Position numbers and translations under genes: made by a program
The notes under the pieces: model-generated
The model's input: the letters and a program-made list of their open reading frames with translations, nothing else
Told to the model about the DNA's origin: nothing
The model's database searches: none
In this document: one piece after another, positions 25,001-36,800 of the stretch
Numbering within the stretch: position 1 is the stretch's first letter
Layout: each line of letters opens with the position of its first letter
Source: Gekko japonicus
Taxonomy: Eukaryota
Length of the DNA: 64,000 nt
Reading direction: 5' to 3'
Assembly (NCBI RefSeq): GCF_001447785.1
Contig: NW_015164218.1
Coordinates: 248,001-312,000, forward strand

Positions 25001-26828
25001 GGAGGTTTTTTTGTCATCTTCTGTGCGTGCAACAGCAGTCACCAGGGGTGGTGGTGGTGGGGAGGTATTTGTGAATTTCCTGCATTGTGCAGGGCATTGG
25101 ATTAGATGACCCTGGAGGTCTCTTCCAACTCTATGATTCAATGGAGGGAGAGCGACCAGAGGCAAAGGGGGTCTGAGTGTTCCCATAGTCATTGGGCAGT
25201 TTTAGTGATTCTGGAGCTTGGGACAAAACTCAAGAATGGGGCCACAGGACCACTCAGGTATCAAGTCAGGGGGGGCCTAACTACCCTACAGTTAATCACC
25301 CTCGAAACTGCCTAACGAAGCACAGGGGGACAGCTGTAAGGCGGTTAGGGCCCCCCACCATCCTACAGCTGATTGCCTCCCCTTCTGCCTGTATCTTGGG
25401 CAATATGGGGGATCAGCGGTGACTCAACGGTGGCGGGGGCTTCAAGGCAGCGGTGGGTCCCAGCGTGTCCCCTTGACTGCGGGGCCCATGGCAGCTGATT
25501 GCGTAGAGAAGGAGTATCTGAGCCAGTGCAGCTATACCACCACCACCCCTTGCTGGGCAACTGGATCTACCAAAATTTGCTATCCTCTGTTGCTATTTAA
25601 AATATAGGGGCTGGGTCCTGTCTTTAATTTGGCTACCACAAGGAGAAACAGGGAGATGACCATCTCTAGTTTAAAAAAAATATCAAAAGCCGGTTCCATG
25701 CTGTAAGTCATAAAGGTGGGAACTAAGTTAAGAAAGGCAACTTCCATAAGCCTCTAAAGAGTAATACCCCAGTTTTTGGGCAAGGAACAACCCAGTTTTT
25801 CATATGCATGAGAAAATTATTTCTGAATCCTTGTCAGTTACTCCAGTAAGGGGATGCTGTAATGTGTACATGAACACATGAAAATGCCTTATACTGGATC
25901 AGACCCTTGGCCCATGGAAGTCAATATTGTCCGCTCAGACCAGAGGTGGCTCTCCTCCTGGGTCTCAGGCAAAGGTCTTTCACATCACCTCTCACCAGTT
26001 ACTTTTAACTGAACCTGGGACCATCTGCATGCCAAGCGGATGCTCTTACACAGAACCACAGCCCCTCTCAAGGAGTTGATGAAGGCTGAGCTAAGGGGAG
26101 GGTTTATTTAGCGTCAGGACAAAATGGAGACTCCAGTTTGGCATGAACTCCTCTGGGGGATTTTGGGCCAGTCTCTCTCTCACTAATTTACCTCACAGGA
26201 TGGTGGTGAGGATAAAATTAGGGAAGTTGCATAAACTATGCACTGTCCTAAGGTCCTTGGAGGAGGGGCGGGATAAAAATCTACTGGATGGGCAGAAGTC
26301 CTGAAAGGCTTGGAAGAAAACAGGGCTTGGCTAGGCCAGAGTTGCTCCCTATATGGCCCGTTTATCTGAGACTCGCTCTTCATGACATTCCCGTTTCCCA
26401 CTAATTTGTCCCTGCTTCACTTCAGTACCTGAAGAAGCTTCACACCCAAGAGCGGGCTGTGGAGGAGGTGAAACTGGCGATTAAACCCTATTACCAGAAA
26501 AAGGAGATCACCAAGGAGGAATATAAAGATATCCTGCGCAAAGCCGTCCACAAGGTTAGAAGGGGTGTGTGTGTATGTGTGTGGGGGGAATTGGGAGCAG
26601 GGGACCACAAGGGGCAAAGTGTTAACCCCCTCCTTTTCTGCTCCCGTCTAGATCTGCCACAGCAAGAGTGGAGAAATCAATCCAGTCAAGGTGAACAACC
26701 TAGTGAAGGCCTACGTCCAGCGATACAAGTACTTTCGAAAACACGGGCGCAAGATGGATGAGGAGCCAGGCTTCCCCAAGGAAATGGGGGGGTTGGACAA
26801 GTCTGGCTTGCCCATGCCCCCACTCTGA
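6950..26828 (+). CDS. SCAF1: SR-related CTD-associated factor 1, spliced CDS: join(6950-7087,11745-11811,12870-12997,13628-13746,14900-15012,16633-19863,21676-21758,24189-24473,26426-26554,26652-26828), 4470 nt, 1489 aa
   Basis: Recognisable SCAF1 motifs in order: MEEEE start, [86 protein letters not shown]-rich block, [43 protein letters not shown]-terminal [26 protein letters not shown]. All introns are GT-AG, phases match and total length is divisible by 3. Confidence 0.95.
9740..9985. repeat. Tandem duplication, two copies of about 122-124 bp
   Basis: ttag(c/t)gataatc...aagagaaaagagatta...gctaaagcctaaattct...cccaggtatgtgtt repeated. Confidence 0.9.
10787..11428. mobile_element. Non-autonomous hAT-like element (TAGGGGTGTGCA family), diverged
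   Basis: Termini tagtggtgtgca...tgtataccccta; internal similarity to 11980-12556 and, inverted, to 37990-38445. Confidence 0.65.
11745..11811 (+). CDS. SCAF1: SCAF1 coding exon 2 ([22 protein letters not shown])
   Basis: Acceptor tcttcccag, donor gtatct; resembles mammalian RAIQQAVGSSLQ. Confidence 0.85.
11980..12556. mobile_element. Non-autonomous hAT-like element (TAGGGGTGTGCA family)
   Basis: TIR TAGGGGTGTGCA...TGCACACCCACA; perfect 8-bp TSD ATAGAGGC (11972-11979, 12557-12564). Confidence 0.82.
12580..12787 (+). mobile_element. 5S rRNA-derived SINE
   Basis: gcctgatctcatcagatcttcgaagctaagcagggtcagccctagttggtacttggattggagacc matches the 5S rRNA internal control region and is followed by an unrelated body. 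Confidence 0.78.
12870..12997 (+). CDS. SCAF1: SCAF1 coding exon 3 ([19 protein letters not shown]...MGE)
   Basis: Acceptor cattttcag, donor gtatgt; phase 1 to 0 fits neighbours. Confidence 0.75.
13205..13422 (+). mobile_element. tRNA-derived SINE, same family as 41834-42107
   Basis: ggttcgattcc B-box; shared ctctctcagccccacctacctcacaggg...ggggtataaatcc body. Confidence 0.78.
13628..13746 (+). CDS. SCAF1: SCAF1 coding exon 4 ([22 protein letters not shown]...)
   Basis: Acceptor ccttttttctccag, donor gtaagt; phase 0 to 2. Confidence 0.75.
14900..15012 (+). CDS. SCAF1: SCAF1 coding exon 5 ([18 protein letters not shown]...QKS)
   Basis: Conserved ELVAEVR(L/I)GD; acceptor aacag after a long pyrimidine tract, donor gtatgt. 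Confidence 0.88.
15722..15927. mobile_element. hAT MITE (CAGTGTTCCCTCTAAG family)
   Basis: TIR cggtgttccctctaag...cttggagggagcattg; perfect 8-bp TSD CTTGTAAG (15714-15721, 15928-15935). Confidence 0.85.
16633..19863 (+). CDS. SCAF1: SCAF1 giant coding exon 6 (3231 nt; acidic, proline-rich, RS and lysine-rich regions)
   Basis: Lies within ORF 16620-19886; acceptor caacag, donor gtatgt, phase 1-1. Confidence 0.95.
21270..21426 (-). mobile_element. tRNA-derived SINE fragment
   Basis: Reverse complement has gctcagtgg...cccaggttcaatcccc A/B boxes; related copy at about 25865-26065. Confidence 0.6.
21676..21758 (+). CDS. SCAF1: SCAF1 coding exon 7 ([28 protein letters not shown])
   Basis: Conserved peptide; acceptor cacctag, donor gtacga. 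Confidence 0.93.
23575..23775 (-). mobile_element. 5S rRNA-derived SINE
   Basis: Reverse complement gcctgatctcgtcagatcttggaagctaagcagggcc...gggagacc...ggaatacc; a deleted third copy lies at about 27830-27925. Confidence 0.78.
24189..24473 (+). CDS. SCAF1: SCAF1 coding exon 8 (ILTHTKP...[10 protein letters not shown]...DGRGDSDK)
   Basis: Acceptor ctccttag, donor gtaaca, 285 nt, phase 0-0. Confidence 0.92.
24730..25140 (+). mobile_element. CR1 LINE 3' end
   Basis: cagtggaataggct...ggaggttttcaaacaaaggctagatggccatctg and terminal ttagatgaccctggaggtctcttccaactctatgattc typical of CR1 tails. Confidence 0.8.
26426..26554 (+). CDS. SCAF1: SCAF1 coding exon 9 ([43 protein letters not shown]), Pol II CTD-binding region
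   Basis: C-terminal domain shared by SCAF1/SCAF11/PHRF1; acceptor cttcag, donor gttaga. Confidence 0.95.
26652..26828 (+). CDS. SCAF1: SCAF1 last coding exon ([27 protein letters not shown]...PMPPL*)
   Basis: Acceptor gtctag; TGA at 26826-26828. Confidence 0.95.
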   Translation: MCHSKSGEINPVKVNNLVKAYVQRYKYFRKHGRKMDEEPGFPKEMGGLDKSGLPMPPL

Positions 26829-27969
26829 TCTCCTCTGACGTGGAAGAAATCAAAATCAAAATGGGGCCCTTTTATGCAAATAGGCTTGGCTGAGCTCCCG
26901 AACCCCCCGCCCCGTTACTGTGGGGTGTGGATGGAAGGGTTGGGATGACTCGTGTTTTTTTTTTTGTTGTTTGGGAGGGGTGGCATTTGGAGAATGCAGT
27001 TCTTGTTCATCTGCTACCTGCCCCTTGACCCCCCTCTCCTTCCCCCCCTCCAACACTTTCAGCTTTTAGCCACAAAATCGACGTGTGTTTTACCCTGTAA
27101 ATACAAGATGGAAATGAATGGGACTAATTTTTAGTTCCACCGCTCTGGAATCCCCCACGATGAATCGGTGGATGTTCTTCCTTCTCCCCCCCCCCACCTA
27201 GTTTTTACTCATTTAGCATGTTTTAATTTGACGGTTTTATTCTTGCCCTCCCTCCCCACCTCCAGCAGCTGAGAAAACAGCAGTACCACAACCGGGTGAT
27301 AGACGGCAACTTCTTGCCAAGGTTGGGCAACACCCCCTCCCGCAGTTGTAAGTTTGTCTGTCATACTCTCCCCCACCCTCCTCTTATTTCCCTTTCTCCT
27401 CATAAAACTGCATTTAGCCATCTAAAACCCGGCTCATCTCTGTGATCCTTTTAGGCCAGTGTGTTGCGTTGGTTTGGCGGAGGACTTCTTGGCCCTTGTG
27501 GGCAGTGATCGCCCCCCCTCCACCCCTCCCTCCTGCAGAACTCTTCACAGGAAGCCCGATTGCATCTGCTGCTTTAATCCCCCTCCCAAAAGTTTCCTCA
27601 CAGCTACCAGGTGTTTTGCAAGTGGCCCCCCTCCAGTCCTAGAGGTCGTCCCAACGCTGTATGAAGGCTCCTGGGATTGCGGGGTGTGTGTGTGTGCAGC
27701 ATAACTGTCTCACTTTACGGGAGGGAATGGGAGCTCCCTTGTGCCTTGGGGCCCCTGACTGCAGTAGACTACTTTTGCACACTTCCCTTTCCTCACCACT
27801 CTTTCGTCTTCTTTTTTTGCCATCAAGTCGTCTTCTGGCGACCCCTGGTGGGGCTTGAAGGCAAAGGGATGTTCAGAGGTGGCTTGAGGAGATCGGGCTT
27901 GCCTGGGCTATCCAGGTCAGGGCCCCTTCTTTCCTCACCATTCTTGAGCTCGCTACAGAGCATTGCCTG

Positions 27970-28850
27970 TGTGGCGAAACGGGGACCCACCCTCAGCCCT
28001 GGGGAACCGAGGTGCCGTCCTGTGGCTTGCAAGGCCCCGTTTTGTCCTTCCCACCCTACCTGGTGGGGCTATTCCTCTTCGTTCCGGCTGCCACCACTCA
28101 CTGAATTAAGTCACCGCCTTCCTTGAGGGACAGTGAGACCCCTCTGGCTAACTTTCCCACCTCGGGAAGTGGTTATCTCAATGTTTGGGCGCCCCCTGGA
28201 GGGTTGGCAACCCACCAGTTTTAGGCCCGTTTGAGTCCCCCGGCCTCCCTTTGCCCCTGGTAACGTGTAGAGCGGGGGAGTCTAGGTGGTTGAGGCACAC
28301 CAGGCTTTTTAACCTCAACAAAGGAAGATTTATTGAACTATATACATTTTTGGGCATAGAAAATAAACTCAGGCACTTCAACACAACCTGGGCACACAAA
28401 ACAAACAGGATCGAAACGCAAGTCTTCTGTCCCTACCACACACCCTCTCTACCTCGGTAGTGGATTGCGGCCTCAGGCCAGGATTTGCGTTTTCCTCTCC
28501 GGTTGTGGAGAGAAACTCCAGCCCTTCTCCACGGGACTGGCCACCAGCACTGCCACCCTCCTGGCTCTCCACCACGGTCAATAGTGGCCTGGATTGCCCT
28601 CAGAGTCTCTGGTGACAGGAGTCCCACCTGCGCTCTTCCTTAAGCCTGCCAGGAGCCAAACAGTCACTCTCTCCCTGGCCCCACCTCTTGGCTCTGTCCC
28701 TCTTTTCCCGCTCTTTCCCCCCAAGGGATGCTGGGAAGTGTAGGCAGGGAGGTATGGCAGCTCCATTGTTCCCTATGGAGTACCCCCACACACACATAAG
28801 GAACTACCAGGCTGGTATCCGTTTTAAGGCCTGGCAGCCATTTCGTCACA
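27970..28850 (-). mobile_element. Solo LTR (881 bp)
   Basis: TG...CA ends with short inverted termini TGTGGCGAAA / TTTCGTCACA; perfect 5-bp TSD GCCTG (27965-27969, 28851-28855). Orientation inferred from minus-strand AATAAA at 28329-28334. Confidence 0.8.
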
Positions 28851-30641
28851 GCCTGGTTGTCTGATTAGTTCTTCTCACTCTCTCACACTCACACAAACAC
28901 ACACACACACAGCAGGAGGCCTTTGCCATTCTTGGGGCCAAGTATTTGCAATTCCAGCTTTTTAATATTTTTTTTTAAACTTGAGGTGGGAAGTAGGCAC
29001 AGATCCAAGAATCTTGGGTGACAACGGGACAGGGTGGGGTTACATGGCAGAAGGGGCCAGGGAGAGAATGAGCCAGACTCGACTTCTGTGCCCCCATTTT
29101 CACATTCTGAATCGGATACCTCTCTCCCCCCCCCCCCCCACTCCCGCCGTGAGGAGGAGCACACCAATTTCACGGCCGGCATTAGAGGAGCTTGGGACCT
29201 CGTTCTATGGTTAAGCCACTGGACAGGGTGACATCACACAGAGGGTGCTAATGGACTAGCGGGGCCCAGCTAGTCTTGCGTGGGGGTGCATCTTGCTTGG
29301 GGTAACAAAAAACCCTTGAACCAGCCCAGACGGAGTAAATATGGGTCTGGAAGGTGGGGGCGGCAGGTGTGGGTTAGCATATGGCTAGAAGACAGTAAGC
29401 CTGGCAACGCAGGTGGAGTTCGATGTTCTAAGTGTTCAGTAGCAGTCGGGGTGTGTGTGTGACTGAGTGCTGACAGAAGAGGGATGGTGAGAAGCAGGAT
29501 TTTGATTTAAAATGCAGGGTAGGGGAAGAAATGGGGTCTTCAGGGCGCAGCTTCCACCAGCTGGGCATGCAGGCATCCAGTGTGCTATAGGGAAGAAGAA
29601 AGCTGGACTTCAAGGCAGCTGGGTTATTGTTGTGGTTCCTGGTAAAAGGAACTTAAATAGGATGCAGGAGGAGAACAATAGCTGTTTAAGCCCTTGTTTT
29701 TCTGTCCTATTGCTATTTGGGGCTATTACACTAAACCAAACTCCTTTCAACTGTTTTCTTGTTCTTTCCTCCAAATTGTGGGTTGAAACTGCGAATCCGT
29801 CCGGTCGCCTCTACCGGGGGCCCGTGTACAGTAGGTTCAGAACTGGCTGCTTGCAGGCTCACAGTTTAAAATGGATCAACATGAGTTTGAAGAGTAAGGG
29901 AACAGATGGGGAAGGGCGAGGGTTGGGGGGGAACCAAAAGGAAATCGGTAAAAAACGAATTCTGAGCCCAACCTCTAACAGCTTAAAGAGTTTACTGAAG
30001 AAAATGCAGCACGGAACACGTAGGTTTTCTTAAAACGCCCCTCAACAGAAGGAAGCAACAACTTGGAACAGCCGACAGTGCAGAAGAAAGGGGAAGTTGA
30101 GCCAAAACGGTAAACTGAGCAGAAAAAAAAAGAAAAGGGGAAATGGAATCAGAGCCAGGCAGAATCAAGAAAAACGAAGAACCTTAAAAGCAAGCAAGAA
30201 AGGTTTTTTTTTTTTGGGGGGGGGGCATAGTACCAAGGGCTTGAAATAAACAAGAGCTGAGATTTGTGACCAGACTTTTCTGTACCTTTCCATTGCCCTG
30301 AACACACCCTGAGTGCAAACAACAGAAGTAGTCGTAAAAAGAAAATTACAGCGTAACTTGGAACAGTTAAAGAAAGTGGCTTTGCCTATGCTTGGCTTCA
30401 GACAGTGCAGTGAGGATTATTAATGTGGTAATTCTGAAGGTGAGACAAATTTATACTGAGTTGCTCTGAGTAAAATCAACTGCCCCACAGGAAGAATGAC
30501 TAAGGAACAGTGGTCATCACCTTAAGGGGTGGGTGGGCTGCAGCTCAGGTGGCTGAACAGGCCCTTCCTGAAGGCACAGGTGATGCGAAGGGCCCAAAGG
30601 AAGAGCGCCCAGTGTGACTGAAACAGCCGTGGCTTGTGAGG

Positions 30642-30812
30642 TTAGCTGCTGAACTGCACATCCATCCTCCCCTCCCAGTCTCTCAGTCGCTCCAATAAGG
30701 AAGGGTCCTGCAGCGAGTCCGATATCCTCAGGTCTGGTTCGGCTCCATTTAGCGACGACGCCCCGCTCGCCTTGCTCAGTTCGTGGAGTGTTTCAAAAAC
30801 CTTGGGGATGAC
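30642..30812 (-). CDS. IRF3: IRF3 last coding exon (serine-rich regulatory domain)
   Basis: [33 protein letters not shown]...QFSS*; SS pair and LxIS phosphosites retained. Confidence 0.93.
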   Translation of the reverse strand, partial: VIPKVFETLHELSKASGASSLNGAEPDLRISDSLQDPSLLERLRDWEGRMDVQFSS

Positions 30813-33800
30813 CTGAATGGGGGTAATAAAATGAGGAGAAACTGAATTCCCATTCAAAGTGCTGAAGCATCAAAGATTTTGGTACTGCAGTATTAAGTTT
30901 TTCATAGACCGAGTTCATGTTATCATGTAGGATATTCTGTTGGTTGATATGTGGGTAATTTTTTTTTGGGGGGGGGGTTGAGCAGCTGTGGGATGCAGTG
31001 AGGAGCAACAGGCCTGTTACTTCTATGCAGAATCAAAACATAGCTTTTCATTGCCAGCGGATGTAGCGATGGCTGTTACCGTAAAGGTAAAGGTCTCCCT
31101 TGCTTGAAAGCCAGTCGAATCTGACTCTTGGGGGCGGTGTTCATCTCCGTTTCCAAGCCAAAGAGCCAGCGCTGTCCGGAGACGTCGCTGTGGTCATGTG
31201 GCCAGCATGACTAAACACCGAGGTGCATGGAACGCTGTTACCTTCCCACCGAAGTGGTACCTATTTATCTACTTGCAATTTCCTGCTTTTGACCTGCTGG
31301 GTTGGCAGGAGCTGGGGCCAGAGATGGGAGCTCACTCCGTCCCGCAACACTGGGGTCTCGAATTGCTGAACTACAGACCTTCCGGTCTGCAGCTCAGCGT
31401 CTTAACCTCTGAGCCACCGCGGCCCCAGCTGTAACCGTACGCAGCTTTAAAAGGGGATCAGACAGGCTGATGCAGATGTCCCTCAGCGGCTAGTAGCCAT
31501 AGTGATAAAATGGAACCTCCGCATTCCAAGGCAGCCAATCTCTGAAGTCCAGTGCCAGGAGTCATCATTGGGGAAGGCCTTGGCCTCTGTGCCCTGTTCA
31601 TTGGCCTTCTGAAGTAACTGGTTGGCCAGTGTGAGACAGGCTTCTGAACAAGAGGAAACACTGCTCTGATCCAGTGGGAACCTTGATGGCTGCAGTTCTT
31701 GTGTTTCTCTTGTACACATTTTGGCTTTCCATAGAAAAGACAGACTTACTGTTAAATTCATAGCCTTTTAGTCCTTGTTTGAGTCCCTGCCCCGCCCCGC
31801 ATTTACCCACATAATCTGCCAATAGAGGATGCCATACATCTGAAGACACTCCATGCAGTTCACAATTTGCATTCCAGTCTATGAAACGTCAGTTCATCAC
31901 AGTGACGCTGGTGTTTGCTGCAATCAGGCTAAGTTGCTACTCTAGAAGCTGCCGCCTCCCCCCACGCGCACCTTTCTGCCCTGCAGCTCTGAGACAAAGG
32001 TGGAAACCTGTTATGCACCGAGTATAAAGTTGATGCACTTTGTGGGAGAACAAGGCTCTGCAGTTTCAGGAATTAATGGAGTTTGTGCTCTGTTCTCAAC
32101 TAACCTCAGAGTTTCATGGAAGCGAGGCCTCTGGCCTTTGTAAACTGAAAACAGCCCCTCTGCGAATAGAGGACTATTTTTCTGTGGCTGTTCATTCCCC
32201 AAGTCACACACACACACTGTTCGATTCCAGAGGGGTGGCTTTCGTAGTCTGGTGCAACAGAACATGCGGCATAAGCCAGACTAATGGCTTTCTTGTGTGG
32301 CTATCCAGACAGCTCAAACTGGCGAAGGGGATGCTGGAATAAGCGACTGACAGAACAGCCAGGCTGCTGCAGAAATACAAATAAAGTGGTGGGGGGAAGG
32401 TTGTCCGGGAAACTGTTCTGGCTGGAGAACAGCACGGCAGAAGACTGAATGTGGGACAGCAACAGCTGAGCTTCAGCACAAGCTGAGTATGGAGAAGATC
32501 TAATCTGCGGGGGTGGGGGGGGGTGATGATCCTGGAAGCAAGGACTCCGGGCCCCATAGTGCAGTGGAGATGGGGGTCTGTGGATTTCCACCCAAAGAGA
32601 AACACCTGTTTTTAACTCAAAATACAAATATGCTTAAAACATTAACACTCTTAGAGTACTTCCTTAAAGTGTCTTCCTGAAGCCCACCCTCCCACATCCA
32701 CCACCCATAACTCATTAGCACTGGGACAGCATACAGGGACATAATGCACAGCGTCAGTCATTTGGCAGTAATGGCAATGACCCAGGGCTAGGGTCCTACT
32801 TACTAGAAGCCAACTTTTATCTCTATGGAAAGATGTGGCCACTGTGCCTATCCCTGAAGCACTTGCTGCCCTCTAGATAACCTTCAGAGGAAAACGTCAC
32901 ATCAGTTGGGGCTAGTCTTTCCATGAGTACAACCAAAAAAGGAGAGAAAAACACAACTCTGTGCAAGGACAGTAACCAAAATAGTTGAAACAAAGAAAAA
33001 GGCAGCAAAATATAACCATGCATGTAGTACAAGTGTACAAAACACCAGTATATAATTTAATAATGCTCCAGAACTACTAAAATAGTTAAAAACAAAAATG
33101 GTTCAATATCTTAAGTACCTAATCCCAATATAAAGGCAAATGTCCATTTACAAAAATACAGCTTTAAAAGTACATATTGTCTCCATATGAAAGAACCAAC
33201 CAATACCCAATGCGTTTCGGCCCCAGGCCTTCCACAGCAGTATAAGTCAAACTCAGCACTCCATTAATTGAACAATAACATATGGAAAATTGACCATACA
33301 AAGAATGGACCTTACACTAAGGTGTTCACCCGTGGAGTAAGTGATATCAGATTTTCCTGTGATACAACAGGGGCAACTCATCAAGATGCAAAATGTTTTG
33401 AAACATTTGTCTTTATATTGGGATTAGGTTCTTATATGCTGAACCATAAGATTGTAAAGTAAGTAAAGTAAGAAGTAAAAACTGCTTTTTGTTACCTCTC
33501 TACTTGTTATATCTTTGTTCCCCCTGAGAAAAATGCTGGTGGGACAGCTGTTTATTGGTCCCCCCCAGCAGATATACATGCCCTACAGCACAGGTAGGAT
33601 AAAGAGGACGGCAATTTCCAGGGAGGGCAGAAGTCCCTCACAGATGTTTGTATCTTCCCCCATTGGGCCTTATCTGTCAGAACCCTCAGTGTATCGCAGA
33701 GCGCTCTGAAAATCTGGCCCATCGTTTTAGCAGCATATCCACAAGAGTTCATTAAATTATCTGCTATGTGAGGAAGATACAAGCATGAAGCGGGCGTTGC

Positions 33801-36800
33801 CATCCTTACAACAAGTTTACCCTCACGTTTGTCTTCCTCCAGACATTCTCCCTGGAGCTGGGTTATTAATCCACGTTAAATTTGACTGAGTCTGCACCTG
33901 TAGATGTTTCCTTACAAAAGTGGGAGGAGCAGATGAGGAGGGGCAGACCTGAAGACACGTACCTGCACCATGATCAGTTTTTTCTTCCAAAGGCGTGTGG
34001 GGTCGGGGTCAGGCCAATCCTCCCCGAAGCAAAACCACAGGGTATAGTCAGGGGAGCCACGGCGTCCCTCCATGAATCCAATCAGTTCTGGAGTGGGAGA
34101 GGGGGGGGAAACTGTATTTTTCTCTGCTCCCCGTTGTTCCACCAGAGGAAGATGTCATGCTTTAGTTGGTGGCTGGACAAAGAAATCTCCCTCCGCTGTT
34201 GCAAAAGGGAGTGCCTTTTGTTCCAAAACTGCCCCCCCCTCCACAGCATAATGCAAGAGTATTATGGAGAATTCCTCTTTGGTTGTAAGTCACATCAGAC
34301 CTTGTACTGATAACCTTTAAATGATCAGCGGCCTTCAGAGTGCTATTCCTCCTACTGGGGTGCCATCAGGCCATGGTTCCCTTTGCTCGTTAAGAGGAAT
34401 GACAAACAGTGTTCGCAGCCACTCATTAGCACAGGAAGGCAAAGGAAGTACTTCTTCACCCAAAGAGTGATTAACACATGGAATTCACTGCCACAGGAAG
34501 TTGTGGCGGCTACAAGCATGGACAGCTTCAAAAGGGAATTAGATAAGCATATGGAGCAGAGGTCCATCAGTGGCTATTAGCCACAAGGTATAGATAGGGA
34601 CTCTGGGGCAAGTGATGCTCTGTCATCTTGGTGCTGGGGGGGGGGTCAAGGGGGGGGGCTTCTAATGTCCTGGCCCCACTGGTGGACCTCCTGATGGCAC
34701 TGGTATTTCTGGACACTGTGTGACACAAAGTGTTGGACTGGATGGGCCTTTGGCCTGATCCAACATTGGCATCTCTTATGTTCTTAAGGCCCGCTCAGCA
34801 GCAATCTGGAGCAGCGCGGGGTCTTGCAATGCCCATTTTATGATTATGTTGTCGAAGGCTTTCACAGCCGGAGATCATTAGCTGTTGTAGATTTCCTGGG
34901 CTGTATGGCCGTGGTCCTGGCATTGTAGGACCTGACGTTTCACGAACAGGTGTGACTGGTGTCCTTAGAGGTATAACACAGAAAGATGGAGTACTCTCTG
35001 TGTCAAGGTGGGTACTCTGTCGACACAGAGAGTACTCCATCTTTCTGTGTTATACCTCTAAGGACACCAGTCACACCTGTTCGTGAAACGTCAGGTCCTA
35101 CAATGCCAAGACTACGGCCATACAGCCTGGAAAATCTATAACAACTAACCATTTTAAGATTACAAATGAAAAGATAAAACTCCCCCCCAATTTTTTTTTC
35201 AAAGACAAGTAGTGATGCTCATAGAAATAGATTAAATATTCTGAATATATAAACACAATGCTTCAAGAAAATGTAATGCACATCATAAAGTCTCACAAGC
35301 CACAGAACGCTAATTCTTAAAGAAACACAATCCTAAATAGTCCACAAACACAAGCTTTCCTTATTTGCCTGCTAGAGTTGATACCATTGGGTTGTGAATT
35401 TGTTAAGAGGCTTTGGACTCCACTTGATGGAAAACAGAATTGAGATTTCTGCATGGTCATTGTACCTACCTTGACTCAATATATCCTTTGATGAAGGATT
35501 CTCTTTGAAATGGTCTGAATATCATGTACGATACCGTTGGAGTATACTGGACGGTATTTTTTTCCCTTTGGAGGGCTTGTGTTTGTGGACTATTTAGGAT
35601 TGTGTTTTTAAGACCAACCATGGGGCGAGTGCTCAGTGAAGCTGGTTCAGGGTAGGATGTCTGATCAAAACTTCCCACAACTATTTAAACCTCCGCAAAT
35701 AGAGGTGTGGCCAGATCGTGCCGAGCCTCCAGCATTACCGCAGCCTTAGTTGGGCCCAGGGTCTGATTCAGTATCAGGCAGCTTCATGTGCTCAGCCCCC
35801 AGAAGGTTAGAAGCCATACCACCACACCTTGCACAAACTGCTGCAGGCTGTAAATGGGGCCAAGGTGTTCCTTGGGGAGCCCTCCACAACGCATTCCAGC
35901 AGTGGGCGTCTCAGACTGGCTCCAGAAGACATGGCAACGGCCCAGCCGGCTGCCGCAGAGCAACGGACCCTCGATGCGAAGCAGCACCCCGGGGGCCAAG
36001 CGGTGCAGAATGCGACTGGTTAATGTCGCTTGCATCTGGTCGTTCAAGATAGCAGCGTCAGGCAACACCACAGCGGCCAAATCCGGATAAGGGACCTGGG
36101 ATCCGGGAGGCAAGAAGCACAAGCCCCGTACGTTGCTGAATGTGTCGTTGAAGACCAGCCGACCTCGATAATAGGCCCGCACTTCGAAATCTGTTTCTGA
36201 AGAACAGAAGGGACAGGGGTTTGGGGGAATAGGTGAAAACCTTTCCTGTGTCTTGCATCATTACATGCAGTGGTACCTTTCATTATTCCTCCACAGGATA
36301 AAGCTATTCATACCTCGACTTGTTCAGGCACTGGCAACATTATTCTTGGGAAAACAAAGGGCCAGAAACAGGCATTTTGCCACTGTGCCACTCTATCTCC
36401 CCACCCTCAGTCAAAAGAGTGAAATCATTCAATGTCACCTTCCTCTAACAGTCCCGATTGCGCCTTTATGTAGCCTACAAGATTGCCTCGGGCCTTTTTA
36501 CAAGGAAAACTTGGAACTGCACACTGGTATGCAATTATAATTCATGCATGCAGGACTATGTCCGTGCATTTCCTCGCACGCATGCGCATGCTTCACTGCT
36601 TAGAGTCACATTCCATGACATTTCCAAACAGTAGGAGAAAATCTTCAGAACTGGGAATCGGACCGCCTTAGTGCAGAAGACCTGAATGTTTGAAGGGCAA
36701 AAAATTGTTCTTTCAGAACTACACTGCCCCTTCCTAAAAAAACTCCACTTTTTTTTTGTCTGGTGTGTGGTGGGGTGAGAGGGGGGGGGAAATGGCTGCT

